DNA of 64,000 bases from positions 42,470,001 through 42,534,000 of the forward strand of contig NW_027361784.1 in assembly GCF_039654945.1 (NCBI RefSeq). The letters run 5' to 3'. This DNA comes from Dendrobates tinctorius. Its lineage: Eukaryota. The position numbers and the translations under genes were made by a program. A model generated the notes under the pieces. That model did not search any database. It was given only the letters and a program-made list of their open reading frames with translations, and was not told where the DNA came from. Positions 37,595-50,850 of the stretch are shown here, piece after piece (the first letter of the stretch is position 1; every line of letters begins with the position of its first letter).

Positions 37595-40500
37595 TCTTTA
37601 CAAAAAGGTTCAACATTTAAACATCACGCAGAAGTGCTGATTCAAATTACATGGTCGTACTACAATATCGGCATAGTATAACTCACCTCTTAAAGGGGTT
37701 GTCTCACAAATATATATTAGATGACATAGATGATAAATTTATTTTCAATGGGGTCTAATTGCTGAGACCCCAGACAATCCAGAAAACAGGGGGACCAGTG
37801 TCCTTTGTGTAAGTGGAATGTTTATAGTCATGTGTGACCATCAACCTTATGAACAGTGGATGGAGCAGTGGTCGCACATGTTCACTACCCCTCCATTCAT
37901 GTTTTGTAACTGTTGGGTGACCCAACATTCATACAACCATTATTCATACACTGATCACCTATCCAGTTAATATTTGATACATATCATTTGTAGGACTAGA
38001 GTTTAGATTGCTACATCCACAAAGTGTCACCCGATTATGCCCTACCTATATAATATGACATGTCATGCAGCAAGTAACTGTTTCATATGGATATGCTCTG
38101 CATATTCCTTTAAATAGGGAAATAGAGTGCAGTATTGTCCTGTGAGCGCTCATCGTGTATCGACATGACATAGACTCGCCATGTGCATAAAGCATTAAAC
38201 TAAATTTCAACTTTTCTTAGACTCTTCTTCATATAGACTTGTTCTGTTTTCTTGAGAATGTTGCGACTTTTTAATAAGTAGCATGTCCAATTGTTGTGTT
38301 TTGTTTTTACTGACTTAGTAATAGACATGAGTGAATAAATACAAGTTGAATTGAATTCTACTCAAATTTTTCCAAAAATTTGCATTTACCGAAATGACAA
38401 TTTTTTTGTAATTCACTTCCACATGGTTTCAACAAAACAAAATAACATCTGCTGGCTGCCATTTTTCTGAACTCATCTTGTGATCCATGCCATTAGAACC
38501 ACAATCTCCAAGAATCTGCACATGCTCGCGAAAGGTCACAGTGAACATCATTACGTCATGATTTTCTTCAGACCATAATAATTACCATTAAATTAAAATA
38601 ACTTCTCCATGAATCAACTTTCCAAGGAAAAAATGGCACAAATTGGTCAAATTCAAATTTTGCCTGGTCCGCTTATCTCCACTTAGTAATCTTGCACACT
38701 TCACTTGAGTCACCATGTTCTGAACTGTTAAATTCCATGACTGGAGGTATTCTCTCCAAGAAGCAACCAGGGAAGAAAGAGGCCAAGACACAATGTCTGA
38801 TGAAGCATAACATATGTATATATTCTTTATATGCCTTCGGCAGTGGTACCATACATTCCTGTACTATTACCGCTCCGTAAACCAAAGTTGTAAAATATTA
38901 CTTTGTAGTTTGATGGAGAAAAAATACAGGGATTCTTAATTAATCCAAAATATATGCAAAAGCCCCATTACTAATTAATATATTTATCATCGTAAACTCC
39001 AAAGAAAAGCTGTAGCAGAAAAGTTTTAAAAAATATATGACAAATTAAAGATTTGCTGTGATTAATTCTTCACCCAAAGTGAGAAGTAATCAGGATAGCT
39101 GGAGTTATGCGAATCTCCCAATACTCAACCTTGGGTAGAGCCTCTCATTTCAAGGCGAAAATATGATTTGCATCAAAATCAAATGTTAATTAAATTAGCC
39201 GAAAAGGTGTTTCAAAAACTCCTACAGTCACCTCTTCTCAACCTTCCCCGTACCAGTCCTACTGCCACTGATCCTCCATTCTGATCTTCTGTGTTCTGTC
39301 TTTTGGATTTTATCTTCAATCTCCCTTCCTTCTAGTTCTTCTGTTCATTTGGTCCAACATTGTCACGGGAGGCACGTTAGGTGTGCCGCACATAATTGAC
39401 GTATACTGCATCCCATGTGACGGCTATAAGGTTTAGTAAATGGAAGTCATCGTCAGAAGGAAGATAGATGACAGAAGAGACAATCAAAGGACCTGAGATA
39501 GTGAAACAGATGTGGGTATGGCAAACTTCTGCTAGATTTGCCCAAAATTTGAGGGGAATTTGATTAATCTTATATTCATTCTTCTCTAGGAAAATAATGC
39601 AATTAACTTGAATTTCTGGAAAACTTCAAATGATGCATCATGATATCCAGGAACTCTGGGGGCTTCTGGTGGGCCTATACCCCATGTGCTGAGTGATGTA
39701 GGAGCGTTGTAGGGAGCTGTATAGAGTTAGGAGGCAGATAGCTCTTCAGAAATGCCCCAAGATAAATCTTTAATGTTACACCAAGTTCTTCTAGTTCTAT
39801 ATAGTCAACCACAATTGGAATGAGAAGTTTAACACTCACACAGAAGAAATTTGAAGACACATTGAGGAATGGTGCAGTTGGTCTTTATGAGGATCATATC
39901 CTTAAATAAATGTATAATTAGTTAATCTGAGTCAACGTCTCCTTCTGTGGCTCGAACTAAAATTTAAAACACAATTTAAATAATTCACATTTGCTCAGAT
40001 TTTTACTCCATTACCATTCTTAATAACTTCCAACTTTATTTTCACACTTAGCAGAAAATGAAAGGAATAAAACAAGAATGATACAGTATAAAAGCTGAGA
40101 GAATGGACAGCATACAATAATATGTTCAAATGATATCGTAAAGATTTCACCACCTAACCAACGGTGAGTGACTGATTATACTTTTATACCTGCGGAATTC
40201 ATTTACCCATCACTTTTCTCTCCCCATTCTTTTTTTATTAATGGATTTTAGTAGTATACTTTAACGTGATGAAAAGAATTAATGATGTACAGGTACTATG
40301 TTATGAGAATGATAAAGAAGTAAAACTCCATGTTTAATGAACATTGGCTCAGCAGTTAGAATGAGCGGATCTGATGTGATCCGAAGTCGCAAAATCCTGT
40401 GGATTTCACAGAGTAAATCCATTTGCAGCAAATTAATCATCTGTGAATTAAATGATCCTTGTTTCATCCTGGACTCTGGGCATAATAAATGTAAGATGTA

Positions 40501-42193
40501 GAAAAAAACAAAAAAAAACAACTAATACTCATTTTACTACGCATCTCCGCTGCTCATTCTTTTCCATATGGTCCTCAGTGCCTTTTCTTACCACCATATG
40601 CTGAAATCCTGGCCAACTTCATGCTAGGCTAGGACCTGAGGTCACAATTAGGGGCATCTCGGGTATAGTTGCCTCTAGAAGTCATGGCCTAGAGTATGTG
40701 TTTTTAAGTCGCAGCACAGGTTATGACCAAAGTATCGGCCTATAATCAAAGCAAAGAGACTGGGGATGTTCCTGTCCATACCTATAATGTTACAAAAATG
40801 TCTTGATATCACAACATATGGTAAGACCCTAACAACGCATAAAAAAATTCACATTGTGAAGAATACAAATTTTTTAAAAAATTCAAGTAGAATTTAATTT
40901 CACTTGAATAAATTCACTCGACTTTACTCAGCAGTCTCCAAATGTAAAAATGGGAAAATTTTGGCTAAACAGTATTTTAACATTTTCATTGTTTGGATAG
41001 TTTTTTACGACATGCAGAGCACAAACTAACATGCACAAGCTAACCAGTTGCTAACGGAAAACCACCAGCAGTCAGGTTAACTTCTTAAAATTGTGCTTCT
41101 ACTGTATGTCCCTTGGAAGATTTCCAATTTTTCCCATTTTGTGTCCTCCTAAATTTAACGGGAAAGAGAGAAGCTGCAGAACTATTCATCTCATTGTACT
41201 TCTTCCTGTCTGCTATGTCACCATGTCAGTTATTAGTATTATTATTATATATTATCATACAATAAACACTAATCAATGAGTAACAAACATGTTACATTCC
41301 AAGAGTAGACCTTGCCCCCCGAGAGAAGAGGGAAGGATATGGTAGGTGAGGACAAAATCATATTCTGTTCATATGATGATGCAGTGGCAGTAAGATTATG
41401 GTTTTATTAAGTGGTGGGTTTTCAGGTTGCTTTGAGGGTTATGATGGTGGAAGAGACCTTTATTAGTTGGATTAGTAAGTATGGAGGAAGCATGAGAAAA
41501 TTTTTGGAAATAGTCATGTGAAGAGCAGATAAAGGGACAGCAAAGAAGGAGATCTTGTTTTTCTGGAGATTACATGTGGGAAGTATCAGAAGATTAGATC
41601 ACAGATATATGGAGGGGGCAGGCTATGGATAGGAGGTTATGTGTGGGAAGGGAGCATTGGATTAGGTTACAGATGTATGGTAGGCCAGAGATGTATGGAG
41701 GACATAGACTATAGACCAAATATTACATGTGAGGAGGTATCAGGATGTTAGAACAGAGATCTATGGATAGGACAGGTTATGGACTGGAGGTTATATATGG
41801 GGAGGTATCAGGAGATTAGGTAAAAATTTTATGGAGGAGGCAAGTTATGAACTAGAAATTACACAAGGGGGATATTGGAGGTTAGGACAAACATGTATTG
41901 AGAGGACATGTTACTGACAGGAGATTATGTGTGGGTAAGTATCAGGGAATTACCTAAAAGTTTAAAGGAGAGGACAGGTAATTGACCAGAGATTACATGT
42001 GGGGACTTATCAGAAGATTGGGTAAAAGTTCTTTGGGGGGATTCGTAACAAATGGAAGATTATGTGTGGGGAGGTATGAGTAGATTAAGTCAATGTATAG
42101 AGGGGTCAGGTTATGGACTAAAAATTACATGTGGTGAGATATCAGGAGATTATTTAAAACTTGCATGAAGGGAAAAGATTACAAGATAGTAAA

Positions 42194-43262
42194 TAGTGAT
42201 AGGCGAAACTCTGGATGTTCGGATCCGGCAGATTCGGCCGAAAATTTAAAGAACGTTTGGTTCGGGTACAAAAACAGTGCTCAAACCCAAACATGGACCC
42301 CATTCAGGGGCCAGGACATCTGTCGTTACCAATTGTAAAAAAGTTTACCTCCATTCACAGAGGCTAAAGCTGATGGGAGTACTACTCATTACAGCCTATG
42401 CCTGCTGCTGCTAATAGCTGATAGGAGTATTTAGCAGCTAACACCTGGCTATAAATAAATAAATAATTTAAAAAAGAGGTGGGATCTGTTTATTTTTGAT
42501 AACCAGTATGGCAAAACTGACAGTTACAGACTACAACCCTCAGCTGTATCATGGCTAGTTATCAAGAATAGAGAGGTCCCCACGCCATTTTTTAAATTAT
42601 TTAAATTAATAATTTTTAAAAAATTGCATGGGGTCACTCCCTTTTTTTGACTACCAGCCAGGCTAAAGCAGACAGCTGGGATATGGTATTCTCAGACTAG
42701 TAAGGGGCCATGTATATTGACCCACCCAGCCTAAAAATAGCAGCTTGCAGCCACATCTGTTAGATTCGCCAATTCTGGTGCTTTACCCGGCTCTTCTCAC
42801 TTGTCCTGTGGTGATGGCAAGTAGGGTTGATATTTGTAGGGTTGATGTCACCTTTGTAAAAAAAACAGAATAATGTCCTTTATTTGAATTAAAAATCCTC
42901 ACCCTATTTTATAAATTTAATTAAAAATAACAAACACAGGTATACTTACCTTACGCCTATTCCACTGAAGCCCGTCACCTGCAAGAAACAGAAAATAATA
43001 AAAAACAAAAGTAATCACCTTATGCCTCATTCACTAAACCCATGTCATCTGTAAAAAAATATAATAAACAACCATATTTGTTAGTTGTCTGAAATGAAGC
43101 TAATCCATACTGTCCCATGACAATTTGAATGATTAGGAAAGCAGTCACGTCAGCCCTACAGTAACAAGGATTTCCTGGAGAATTTCGTGTACGGGATCTG
43201 AGCCCGAACAGTAGGTGTTCTGTACGGACCCCGAACTTACTGTTTGGGTTCGCCCATCACAA
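42194..43262. mobile_element. Non-autonomous hAT-type element
   Basis: TAGTGATAGGCGAA ... TTCGCCCATCACAA TIRs; degenerate 8-bp TSD ATAGTAAA/ATAGTGAG. Confidence 0.7.
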
Positions 43263-43319
43263 ATAGTGAGATATTAGGTTATAAATGAATTAAGAAGACA
43301 GATTATGTACCAGAAATTA

Positions 43320-44399
43320 CCGTTTATACTCGAGTATAAGCCAAGATTTTCAGCCCATTTTAGTTGGCTGAAAGTCCCCCTCTCGTCTTATACTCGAGTC
43401 ATATATGGGGGTCGGCGGGGGAGAGGGAGCGCGGATGACAGAGATCATACTCACCCCCTCCTGGCTGATCTCTGCAGCCCCCCTGCTTCTCCCATGGACT
43501 TGGCAGCCCCAGATCTTCCTGCATTCAGCGGTCATGTGATACCGCTCATTAAAGTCATGAATATGCGCATATTCATGACTTTAATGAGCGGTACCAAGTG
43601 ACCGCTGAAGCCTGGAAGAACTGCAGCACCAAGACCATGGAAGAAGCAGGGGCTGCAGAGACCATGTGTCAGGAGGGAGTAAGTATGACAGGGGGAGGAC
43701 GGGGAGCAGAACTATATTCACCTGTCCCCGTTCCCCAGCCGCGTGCCGCTCTGTCCTCTGTGTCCTCTGGCTGTGACGTTCAGGTCAGAGGGCGAGATGA
43801 CATAGTCAGTGTGCGCCCTCTGCTGAACGTCACTGCAGAGACCCGGGAGACAGAGCGGCGCGTGGCGGTGGAACAGGGACAGGTGAATATCGCTAGTGCC
43901 GGGGGCCTGATCCAGTGGCGACACCGGCACCTGGACCACATAGCATGCTGGTGTTCCCACCTGCTCAGGACACCGGCACCTAGCCCCCTGTGACGAGAGG
44001 TGAGTACGTAATTTTTATTTTTTAATTGCAGCAGCAGCGGCACCATCAATATATGGGCCTTATTTATCTATGGAGCATCTTCTTGGGCCACTATTAACCC
44101 TTGTGCAGCATTTTATGGGGGTATTTATCTATGGAGCATCTTCTTGGGCCACCATTAACCCTTGCGCAGCATTTTATGGGAGTATTTATTTATGGACCAT
44201 CTTCTTGGGCCACCATTAACACTTGTGCAGCATTTTATGGGGGGTATTTATCTATGGAGCATCTTTTTGGACCATCATTAACCCTTGTGCAGCATCACCC
44301 TCGGCTTATACTCGAGTCAATAAGTTTTCCCAGTTTTTTTGTGGCAAAATTAGGGGTCTCGGTTAATACTCAGGTCGGCTTATACTCGAGTATATACGG
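43320..44399. mobile_element. Non-autonomous Tc1/mariner (pogo/Tigger-like) element, 1,080 bp
   Basis: TA|CCGTTTATACTCGAGTATAAGCC ... GGCTTATACTCGAGTATATACGG|TA; internal palindrome at ~43526-43607 and ~60-bp tandem repeats at 44050-44295. Confidence 0.88.
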
Positions 44400-46249
44400 T
44401 ACATGTCGGAGGTAGCAGGAGATTGGGCTAGAGATGTATGGAAGAGAAAGATTACTGACTAGAGGGTATTTGTAGGGAGGTATCAAGAGATTAAATCAGA
44501 GATGAATAGGGGGGACAGGTTATACAGAGTGGAATGAGCATCAACTCCAGTTTTGACCTCAATAACAGTCTTTAGAGATGTTGTTTCTTTGGACAAACTT
44601 TTTTTAGGAGGGTTCCCTGACCATATAATGATCACATAGGGTCTTGTCCCATATGACCTTAGATCAAGCAAAATTTTACTAATCTTAGGTAGAGGGCCTT
44701 GGTGGTTCTTACGCAATTCATTCCTCTTGTTTTGAAATATTAACATACATGGAGATTATGAGCTAGGATTTAATGCTCTAAAGGAAATACCTGACGCTGT
44801 CACCTCCCACTGGGCAATAAATAATATCTGGCACATATTGCTTTCATCAGATGCACTAAATCATTGAGTTACACACTCCTAACGAGGCAGTAATTAAGAA
44901 TTCTCATCTAATTCATACAATATTTAAAACCATCTCTTATGAAAAGTTTCAGGCAATAAATCATACTTTTCAGAGATGGCATGAAAATTACCAAGGAAAA
45001 GCTATTTCATAGCATAATTCATTAGGCGTCACAAAGACTTCGCACCCAGCTGGCCATTATCTTAGATTAATAAGAGCCTAGACATTTTAGTAAAAAAAAA
45101 CCTCATGAAGAGTGAAGGCAAAATTTAGGAGGCAACAAAGGCCTCGATTTATTACAATGTTTGCATCCTTTTTCTGGAGGAATAGTGATTCTGGTAGTGA
45201 CTTTAAACTTTATTTTTTTCATTATTTGACTTGCTCCTTTTATAAGTTCACTTTATTTCTTTTTTCTGTTTATTGTTTCAGTTTCACAATTCGGTGATGG
45301 TTTTGCTCATCCAGATGTTATAGCCTAATGTGACTGTTTTGAAATGCCACCAAATTATTTGGCAATTGTACTTTACTGGAGTACAAAATCTGACTAACTT
45401 TAGTTTTGCCCAGTAGGAATTTAAAGGCTCTTGTAACCTTTTACTTAAAAAAAAGTAGAAAAAAAGGTAAAAGGTTAAAAAAAGGAGCCTCTTTGATTTT
45501 GCCCAAAAATTTATCAAGCCACATGCACCATGTTGAAGAATTTTGAAAAAAAAATACTACAAACCAAAAAAGAAAAGTCACTTAAAATATGCAAATAATG
45601 AATTAAGGTAAAAAAAAGTTTGAAAAAGGTATAGGATATAGAGAAGTTTTATGGTAAAATCATGACAAGTTTTCAAGGATGGATGCAACATTGTAAATTG
45701 AGATTGAAACATTGTATACTCCAAGTCATTGTGAAGTACAAGCAGAATTGTGAACATCAGACTTGCATACAATCCCTAGAACAGGATGTTAAAAAAAATT
45801 AATAGAAAAAATTTAAACTAATACTCACCAATGACCTCCCAAGCTGCCATTTGCTTCTCTTCTTTCACCATCTTATGCCACATCTTCTGCCTCTTCACCG
45901 TAGACCATGACTTCCAGTTGCGTCTAGGAATTCCAGCCATGTCTAGACCAAAGGTGGCTATTATTGATTTGCTTCTGCATGGATTTTGTCAGGTTACAGA
46001 TCCTCAGTGACCCGCCACCTATTTACATACTGTATATACTATTGTGAGGTTATTAAAAAAATTAACTTCATCAAAATGGCATCAACAGCAGCACCTACAC
46101 TGTAGCATGAAACATGCCAACATGCCTTCATGTTTTATGCAATTATGCTGCAGTCAAATTTTTTTCCTCTTTTTGAGCACCGTGAATCCCATTAAGGTCA
46201 CTGCAGTTCATCGTCCCAGCTCACAGTGACGTGTCGGAGCGCAGCCTCA

Positions 46250-47896
46250 GTGACCTGCGATAACCTCCATGATGTCACCACTAGTCACTGAGTCTGTGTC
46301 CACAGCATCTCATTCTCGCGAGACTTTCGGCATCTTCACTTTGGACAGTTGAAGTATATGGTTGTTTATTGTTTTTCTTTTTTTATAGTGGACATGAGCA
46401 TTGGTGGATTAGGCATAATGTGACCATAACTTTCTTATTTTTAAATACATTTGTAAAACATAGTGTGGATTTTTATTTCAAATAAGGGACCTTATTCTGA
46501 GTGCTTTTTATTTACAATATGACTATGGAGTTAGCAATGGAGAAGCGTCTTGATGTCACCTGACAATGCAAAGGTGACACCAACCCCCAAAATATTAACC
46601 CCACTTGCCAACACCACAGGCTAAGTGGAAAGAGCCAGGCAAAACCCCAGAATTGATGCATTTAATAGATGCAACTTTTCTGGGGTGGCTGCCAGCTGCT
46701 ATTTTTAGGCCTGAGGTGCAAACATCCATGGCTTCTTATCAGCCTGAAAATGTCAGCCCTTGGCTGTCTGCTTTAGCTTGGCTGGATTTCAAAAATGGGG
46801 CGGACCCCACACATCATTTTTTATAGTTATTTATTTAAACTGTCATGATCCTATGGTAGGCTTGTGACTAGTGCCCCAGGGGTTATTCATTTCGGCCTCT
46901 TTCTGGATCTGGGAAGGCTTTTTATACCCTCAGGTTGCTCTAGTCATTGTCACTTAAACTACTGCCCTCAGCTGAGTTAAGTTGACCCCTGTGTGCCTGT
47001 GCCTTGTGCCTGTTCTCGTGTGTGATACCTTGGTTCTTACCCTGTCTGTTTCCCATTTTGTATTTGCCTGCTTATTTGGTACTGTCTGCTTGCTCATCTG
47101 GTTCTTTGACTTCTGCGTGTTGTGACTATCTGTTCTGTCTGTCCCCTTGGTACCATTACTGCCTCTCCCGGTTTCTTGACTCCTTTGTCTTGGCCCTGAC
47201 TAAACTCCTGCTTTTGCTGGCTTTGCCCCCAGTCTCGCCCCCTGTGGTCACGTGCCACCCCATCCCATGCCATCCCATCTCTGTCCCTGGACGCTGCAAA
47301 CCTCATTTGTCTGCATTGCACAGGAAGCATACATACCGATGGTACCTAGTACGCGGTCCTTGATAGAAACAATTTTAAAAAATGGTGTGGGAACCCTTCT
47401 ATTTCTGATAGGTATGTTAAAGCTGACAGCTAAAGATTGCAGCCTGCAGCTGTCAGTTTTGCTTGCGATGGTAATCAAGAATAGAAAAGAATCCACATCA
47501 TTTTTTTAGCTCATTTTTTTTAAACCTTAGGCGCTGGTTGATGAATACTCCCATCAGTGGCGCCTGCTCTCGATGTTATCAGCGACAACAGCCATAGGCT
47601 GATGAGAGTTGTGCTCTCATCACCGTTGCCTCTGTGATGAGCAGTAAACTTTTTACCAGCGGTCATAACTGCTGGCTCATGCTTTCATCTAACAGCATGG
47701 AAAGCATAGCTCTCTGACCAGCGGTAATGAACTTACCGCCAATCAGAGCCTGTGTTTCTTGTGCTGTAATGCAGATGACAGCGTGGCAAACAACAAATGT
47801 TCAGGCCCCCTATTCATCTGGGACCCAAACCCAACTTTTGTTAGATGTTCAGCTGAAATCGCTGGACCTGAAATTCCACGGGTTTGCCCATCACTT
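46250..47896. mobile_element. Non-autonomous hAT-type element related to 42194-43262 (part inverted relative to it), left boundary uncertain
   Basis: 46540-46830 resembles the reverse complement of 42590-42855; terminus GTTTGCCCATCACT at ~47882-47895. Confidence 0.5.
46841..47365 (+). mobile_element. Probable solo LTR nested in the hAT-type element
   Basis: TGTCATGATCC ... GGTCCTTGATA ends; near-TSD TAAAC/GAAAC; host element resumes afterwards. Confidence 0.6.
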
Positions 47897-48265
47897 AATA
47901 AGATCTGATGGATACCTGGCCTTGGTATTTCCCTTGTCATATCTGTAAACTCGTAAAGAGATGGATATTGACTTAAAGGGCCACTTAATATGGTGGTAAT
48001 GGTGGTTTCCAAAAGGAGCCACTCCTTGGCTGGGTCCTTCCCTGGAGGAAGATCTGGCTAGTCACGGGTTTGAGACTCTTAAATGAGGCTCCATGGACTT
48101 TATTTGCATATTCTTATTTCCCAGGGAGCAATGCACCTAGGATTTCACTGATTGAGCGCCTTTGCCGGCTAACGCAGTGTTTTCTTTGACTGGTCTCCCT
48201 GAGGTCAGTGATTGTTTCATGATGTTAGTCTACTAGGCATTGCTCCCACCTAGCCAGAAGCCTAC

Positions 48266-48309
48266 TCCACACTGATAAAGGGCAACACCCCGAAACAGCT
48301 GTCTGTGGA
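48266..48309 (+). ncRNA. Type I hammerhead ribozyme, core-mutated (CUGAUAA)
   Basis: TCCACA-CTGATAA-AGGG CAACA CCCC-GAAA-CAGCTG-TC-TGTGGA; G8>A and a stem II mismatch. Confidence 0.75.
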
Positions 48310-48502
48310 TGGATACCTGGCCTTGGTATTTCCCTTGTCATATCTGTAAACTCGTAAAGAGCTGGATATTGACTTAAAGGGCCACTTAATATGGTGGTAA
48401 TGGTGGTTTCCGAAAGGAGCCACTCCTTGGCTGGGTTCTTCCTTGGAGGAAGATCTGGCTAGTCACGTGTTTGAGACTCTTAAATGATGCTCCACGGACT
48501 TT

Positions 48503-48537
48503 ATTTGCATATTCGTATTTCCCAGGGAGCAATGCAC
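48503..48537 (+). promoter_or_regulatory. Octamer ATTTGCAT plus Staf/ZNF143-like TTCCCAGGGAGCAATGCA (snRNA-type distal sequence element)
   Basis: Also present at 48102-48136; octamer mutated to ATTTGCGT in unit 3; ~200 bp upstream of the ribozyme cleavage site. Confidence 0.55.
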
Positions 48538-48666
48538 CTAGGATTTCACTGATTGAGCACCTTTGCCGGCTCCCGCAGTGTTTTCTTTGACTGGTCTCCC
48601 TGAGGTCAGTGATTGTTTTATGATGTTGGTCTACTAGGCATTGCTCCCACCTAGCCAGAAGCCTAC

Positions 48667-48710
48667 TCCACACTGATGAGGGGCAACACCCCGAAACAGC
48701 TGTCTGTGGA
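48667..48710 (+). ncRNA. Type I hammerhead ribozyme with intact core; predicted cleavage after GUC at 48704
   Basis: Stem I TCCACA/TGTGGA; CTGATGA; stem II GGGG-CAACA-CCCC; GAAA; palindromic mini stem III ACAGCTGT. Confidence 0.92.
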
Positions 48711-49050
48711 TGGATACCTGGCCTTGGTATTTCCCTTGTCATATCTGTAAACTCATAAAGAGCTGAATAATGACTTAAAGGGCCACTTAATATGGTGGTA
48801 ATGGTGGTTTCCGAAAGGAGCCACTCCTTGGCTGGGTCCTTCCCTGGAGGAAGATCTGGCTAGTCACGTGTTTGAGACTCTTAAATGAGGCTCCACGGAC
48901 TTTATTTGCGTATTCGTATTTGCCAGGGAGCAATGCACCTAGGATTTCACTGATTGAGCGCCTTTGCCGGCTGCCACGGTGTTTTCTTTGACTGGTCTTC
49001 CTGAGGTCAGTGATTGTTTCATGATGTTAATAAGATCTATGACACTTTAA

Positions 49051-49816
49051 GGGGTACTTCACACATAGCGAGATCGTTAGCGAGATTGATGAACCGTCAC
49101 AGGTTTTGTGACGCAACAGCGACCTCCCAGTGATCTCTCTACGTGTGACACATACCGGTGACCGGCCCCCCGCTGCGATATCACTGATCGTGCTCGAATG
49201 TCCTAGGCCATTTTTTGATCGTTGGTGTCCCGCTGGCCAGCATGCATCAGTGTGTTTGACACCAAAACAACAACGAGCGACCTCGTTGGTGATTCAGAAC
49301 ACAGGGACGCAGGCATGATTTTGCTTTGTCTTTTCAACGCCCCCTCAGCTCCGATTGGTGATCTCATATTAGGATCTTTGTAGCGTTTCATTTTCTAGGT
49401 CAGCTATCAATTATATGAAATCATAACATTTAACATGTACAGTTATAATAATCGCATGTACCCATATCAGTGTCTGTGGATCCATGAATAAATAGTGCAC
49501 TAGCGACTCAGACAGGGACGCTGAAGCAAACCGCGTAGTGATAGAGCAGTAGTGGTCACCAATCGGAGCAGAGGGGCTTGGAAAAGGTAGCGCTGAAGCA
49601 CGTCTATTGAGGTCTGAGTCGTCAGAATAGCTGCTGTGTGACAAGGTCCAGACGACCGCCGAGGTCATTATATGGATCGCCGGATCATTGCTGTGTCATT
49701 GAGTAGATCTGCCTGTTTGACAGCTTACTAGTGACCATGTAGCAACGTACCAGTGATCCTTACCAAGTCGTATTGTTGTCGGGATCGCTGGAGCGTCACT
49801 ATGTGTAACGAGACCC
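49051..49816. mobile_element. Non-autonomous DNA transposon/MITE (PIF-Harbinger- or Kolobok-like)
   Basis: TAA|GGGGTACTTCACACATAGCGA ... TCACTATGTGTAACGAGACCC|TAA; internal inverted motif CTCCGATTGGTGA/TCACCAATCGGAG. Confidence 0.65.
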
Positions 49817-50129
49817 TAACAATAGATAAATAAAAGCCTGTTGAATTCAAAACACATCTATTGTTTCCATTGATATCTTTAGGTTTTGTACCTCAATATT
49901 GTCAATGTTACTAATTGATTCACATGAATAATTTGTAGTAAAGGGGAAGGGATCCAGTAACTACAGGTGGCCACAAGCAAAGACAAACTATAATACTTGT
50001 ATTAGTGGGTCAAACAAGCATTTTTGAGAGGAACTAAGTATTATTCTGCTAAATTATTAAATGGGTACAATTGCTAGCTTAAGAGCAAATTATTAACTCT
50101 TTAATGACAAATTTACAGGATACAATAAT

Positions 50130-50850
50130 TTTCAGACATGGAGAAAACCCAGGAAGAAACAAGGGCGAAACGCACGTCGGGGTGTGGGGAGACGGCATGC
50201 AATGGTGTCCAGGAGAACTTTATAGGCTCAGGTAATATGTGTCTGTCCTTTTTCAATTGCTTACTGGGACTAATCATTCTTGTAGACATGGGAAGATATG
50301 GCAATTTAGCCATTGGTTTTTTATACCAATGTAACCTGTGTAATTGTATTTACTTTATGAATTCCTTGGCAGGAGAAATATCTGTGATATAGGCATTTTT
50401 TATTTAAATTAACTGGGTATAAAAACCTATCCTCCCATTGTGGCATTAGTACTATATGGCACAATTATATAGGAATATATTTTTGCACAATGATTTTTTG
50501 TTCACCTATTTATGGTTGCTATAATATTTTCTTGAATATATGAAGACCTTTTTGTATTGAGCATTTTACCCAGCAATTTTTGCTTTCTGTATTGTGGAGG
50601 ATATTAGTAGCTCCTTTCTGAAATAAGTTATACTACAATAGGTCTGTGCAATTGGTTTCTACAAAAATATTTTATGAACAAAATATGGTATATAGGGATA
50701 ATGCAAATTATGTATCCCTCTGTTATTGCTGTTCTCCCTGCTCATGTATTTTGTATTTTGCGTTTTCAGGCAATGGGTATATATGTTTGTTTATTCTTTA
50801 ATAAAAATTGAGTTTTTATTCAAAATTGTTTCACTCTTGATCTATGTGCC
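50130..50850 (+). mobile_element. Penelope-like pseudo-LTR fragment with a degenerate hammerhead
   Basis: CCC-AGGAAGAA..GGC-GAAACGCACGTC-GGGG at ~50148-50182, similar to the minus-strand motif at 53255-53292; AT-rich tail with AATAAA at ~50800. Confidence 0.5.

Larger units (their letters stand above)
41230..44530 (-). repeat. Decayed L2 3' end with an internally amplified ~63-bp unit, split by two DNA-transposon insertions
   Basis: Unit GGAGATTACATGTGGG..GTATCAGGAGATTAGG..TATGGAGGGGACAGGTTATGGA resembles L2 12258-12325. About 10 units in 41565-42190, resuming at 43263-43319 and 44400-44530. Confidence 0.65.
47907..49026 (+). mobile_element. Retrozyme / satellite-2-like insertion: 2.8 tandem copies of a 401-bp hammerhead-containing unit
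   Basis: Units start at 47907, 48308 and 48709; TSD TTAATAAGATCT at 47895-47906 and 49027-49038; no convincing ORF. Confidence 0.9.

Noticed and set aside
40051-40162. Possible host exon (pyrimidine tract-AG ... ACG|GTGAGT)
   Set aside because: Stops in all three frames and no partner exons identified. A non-coding exon cannot be excluded but is unsupported.
48712-48722. U1 snRNA gene suggested by ATACCTGGC
   Set aside because: Only a short match to the U1 5' end; no U1 stem-loops follow.
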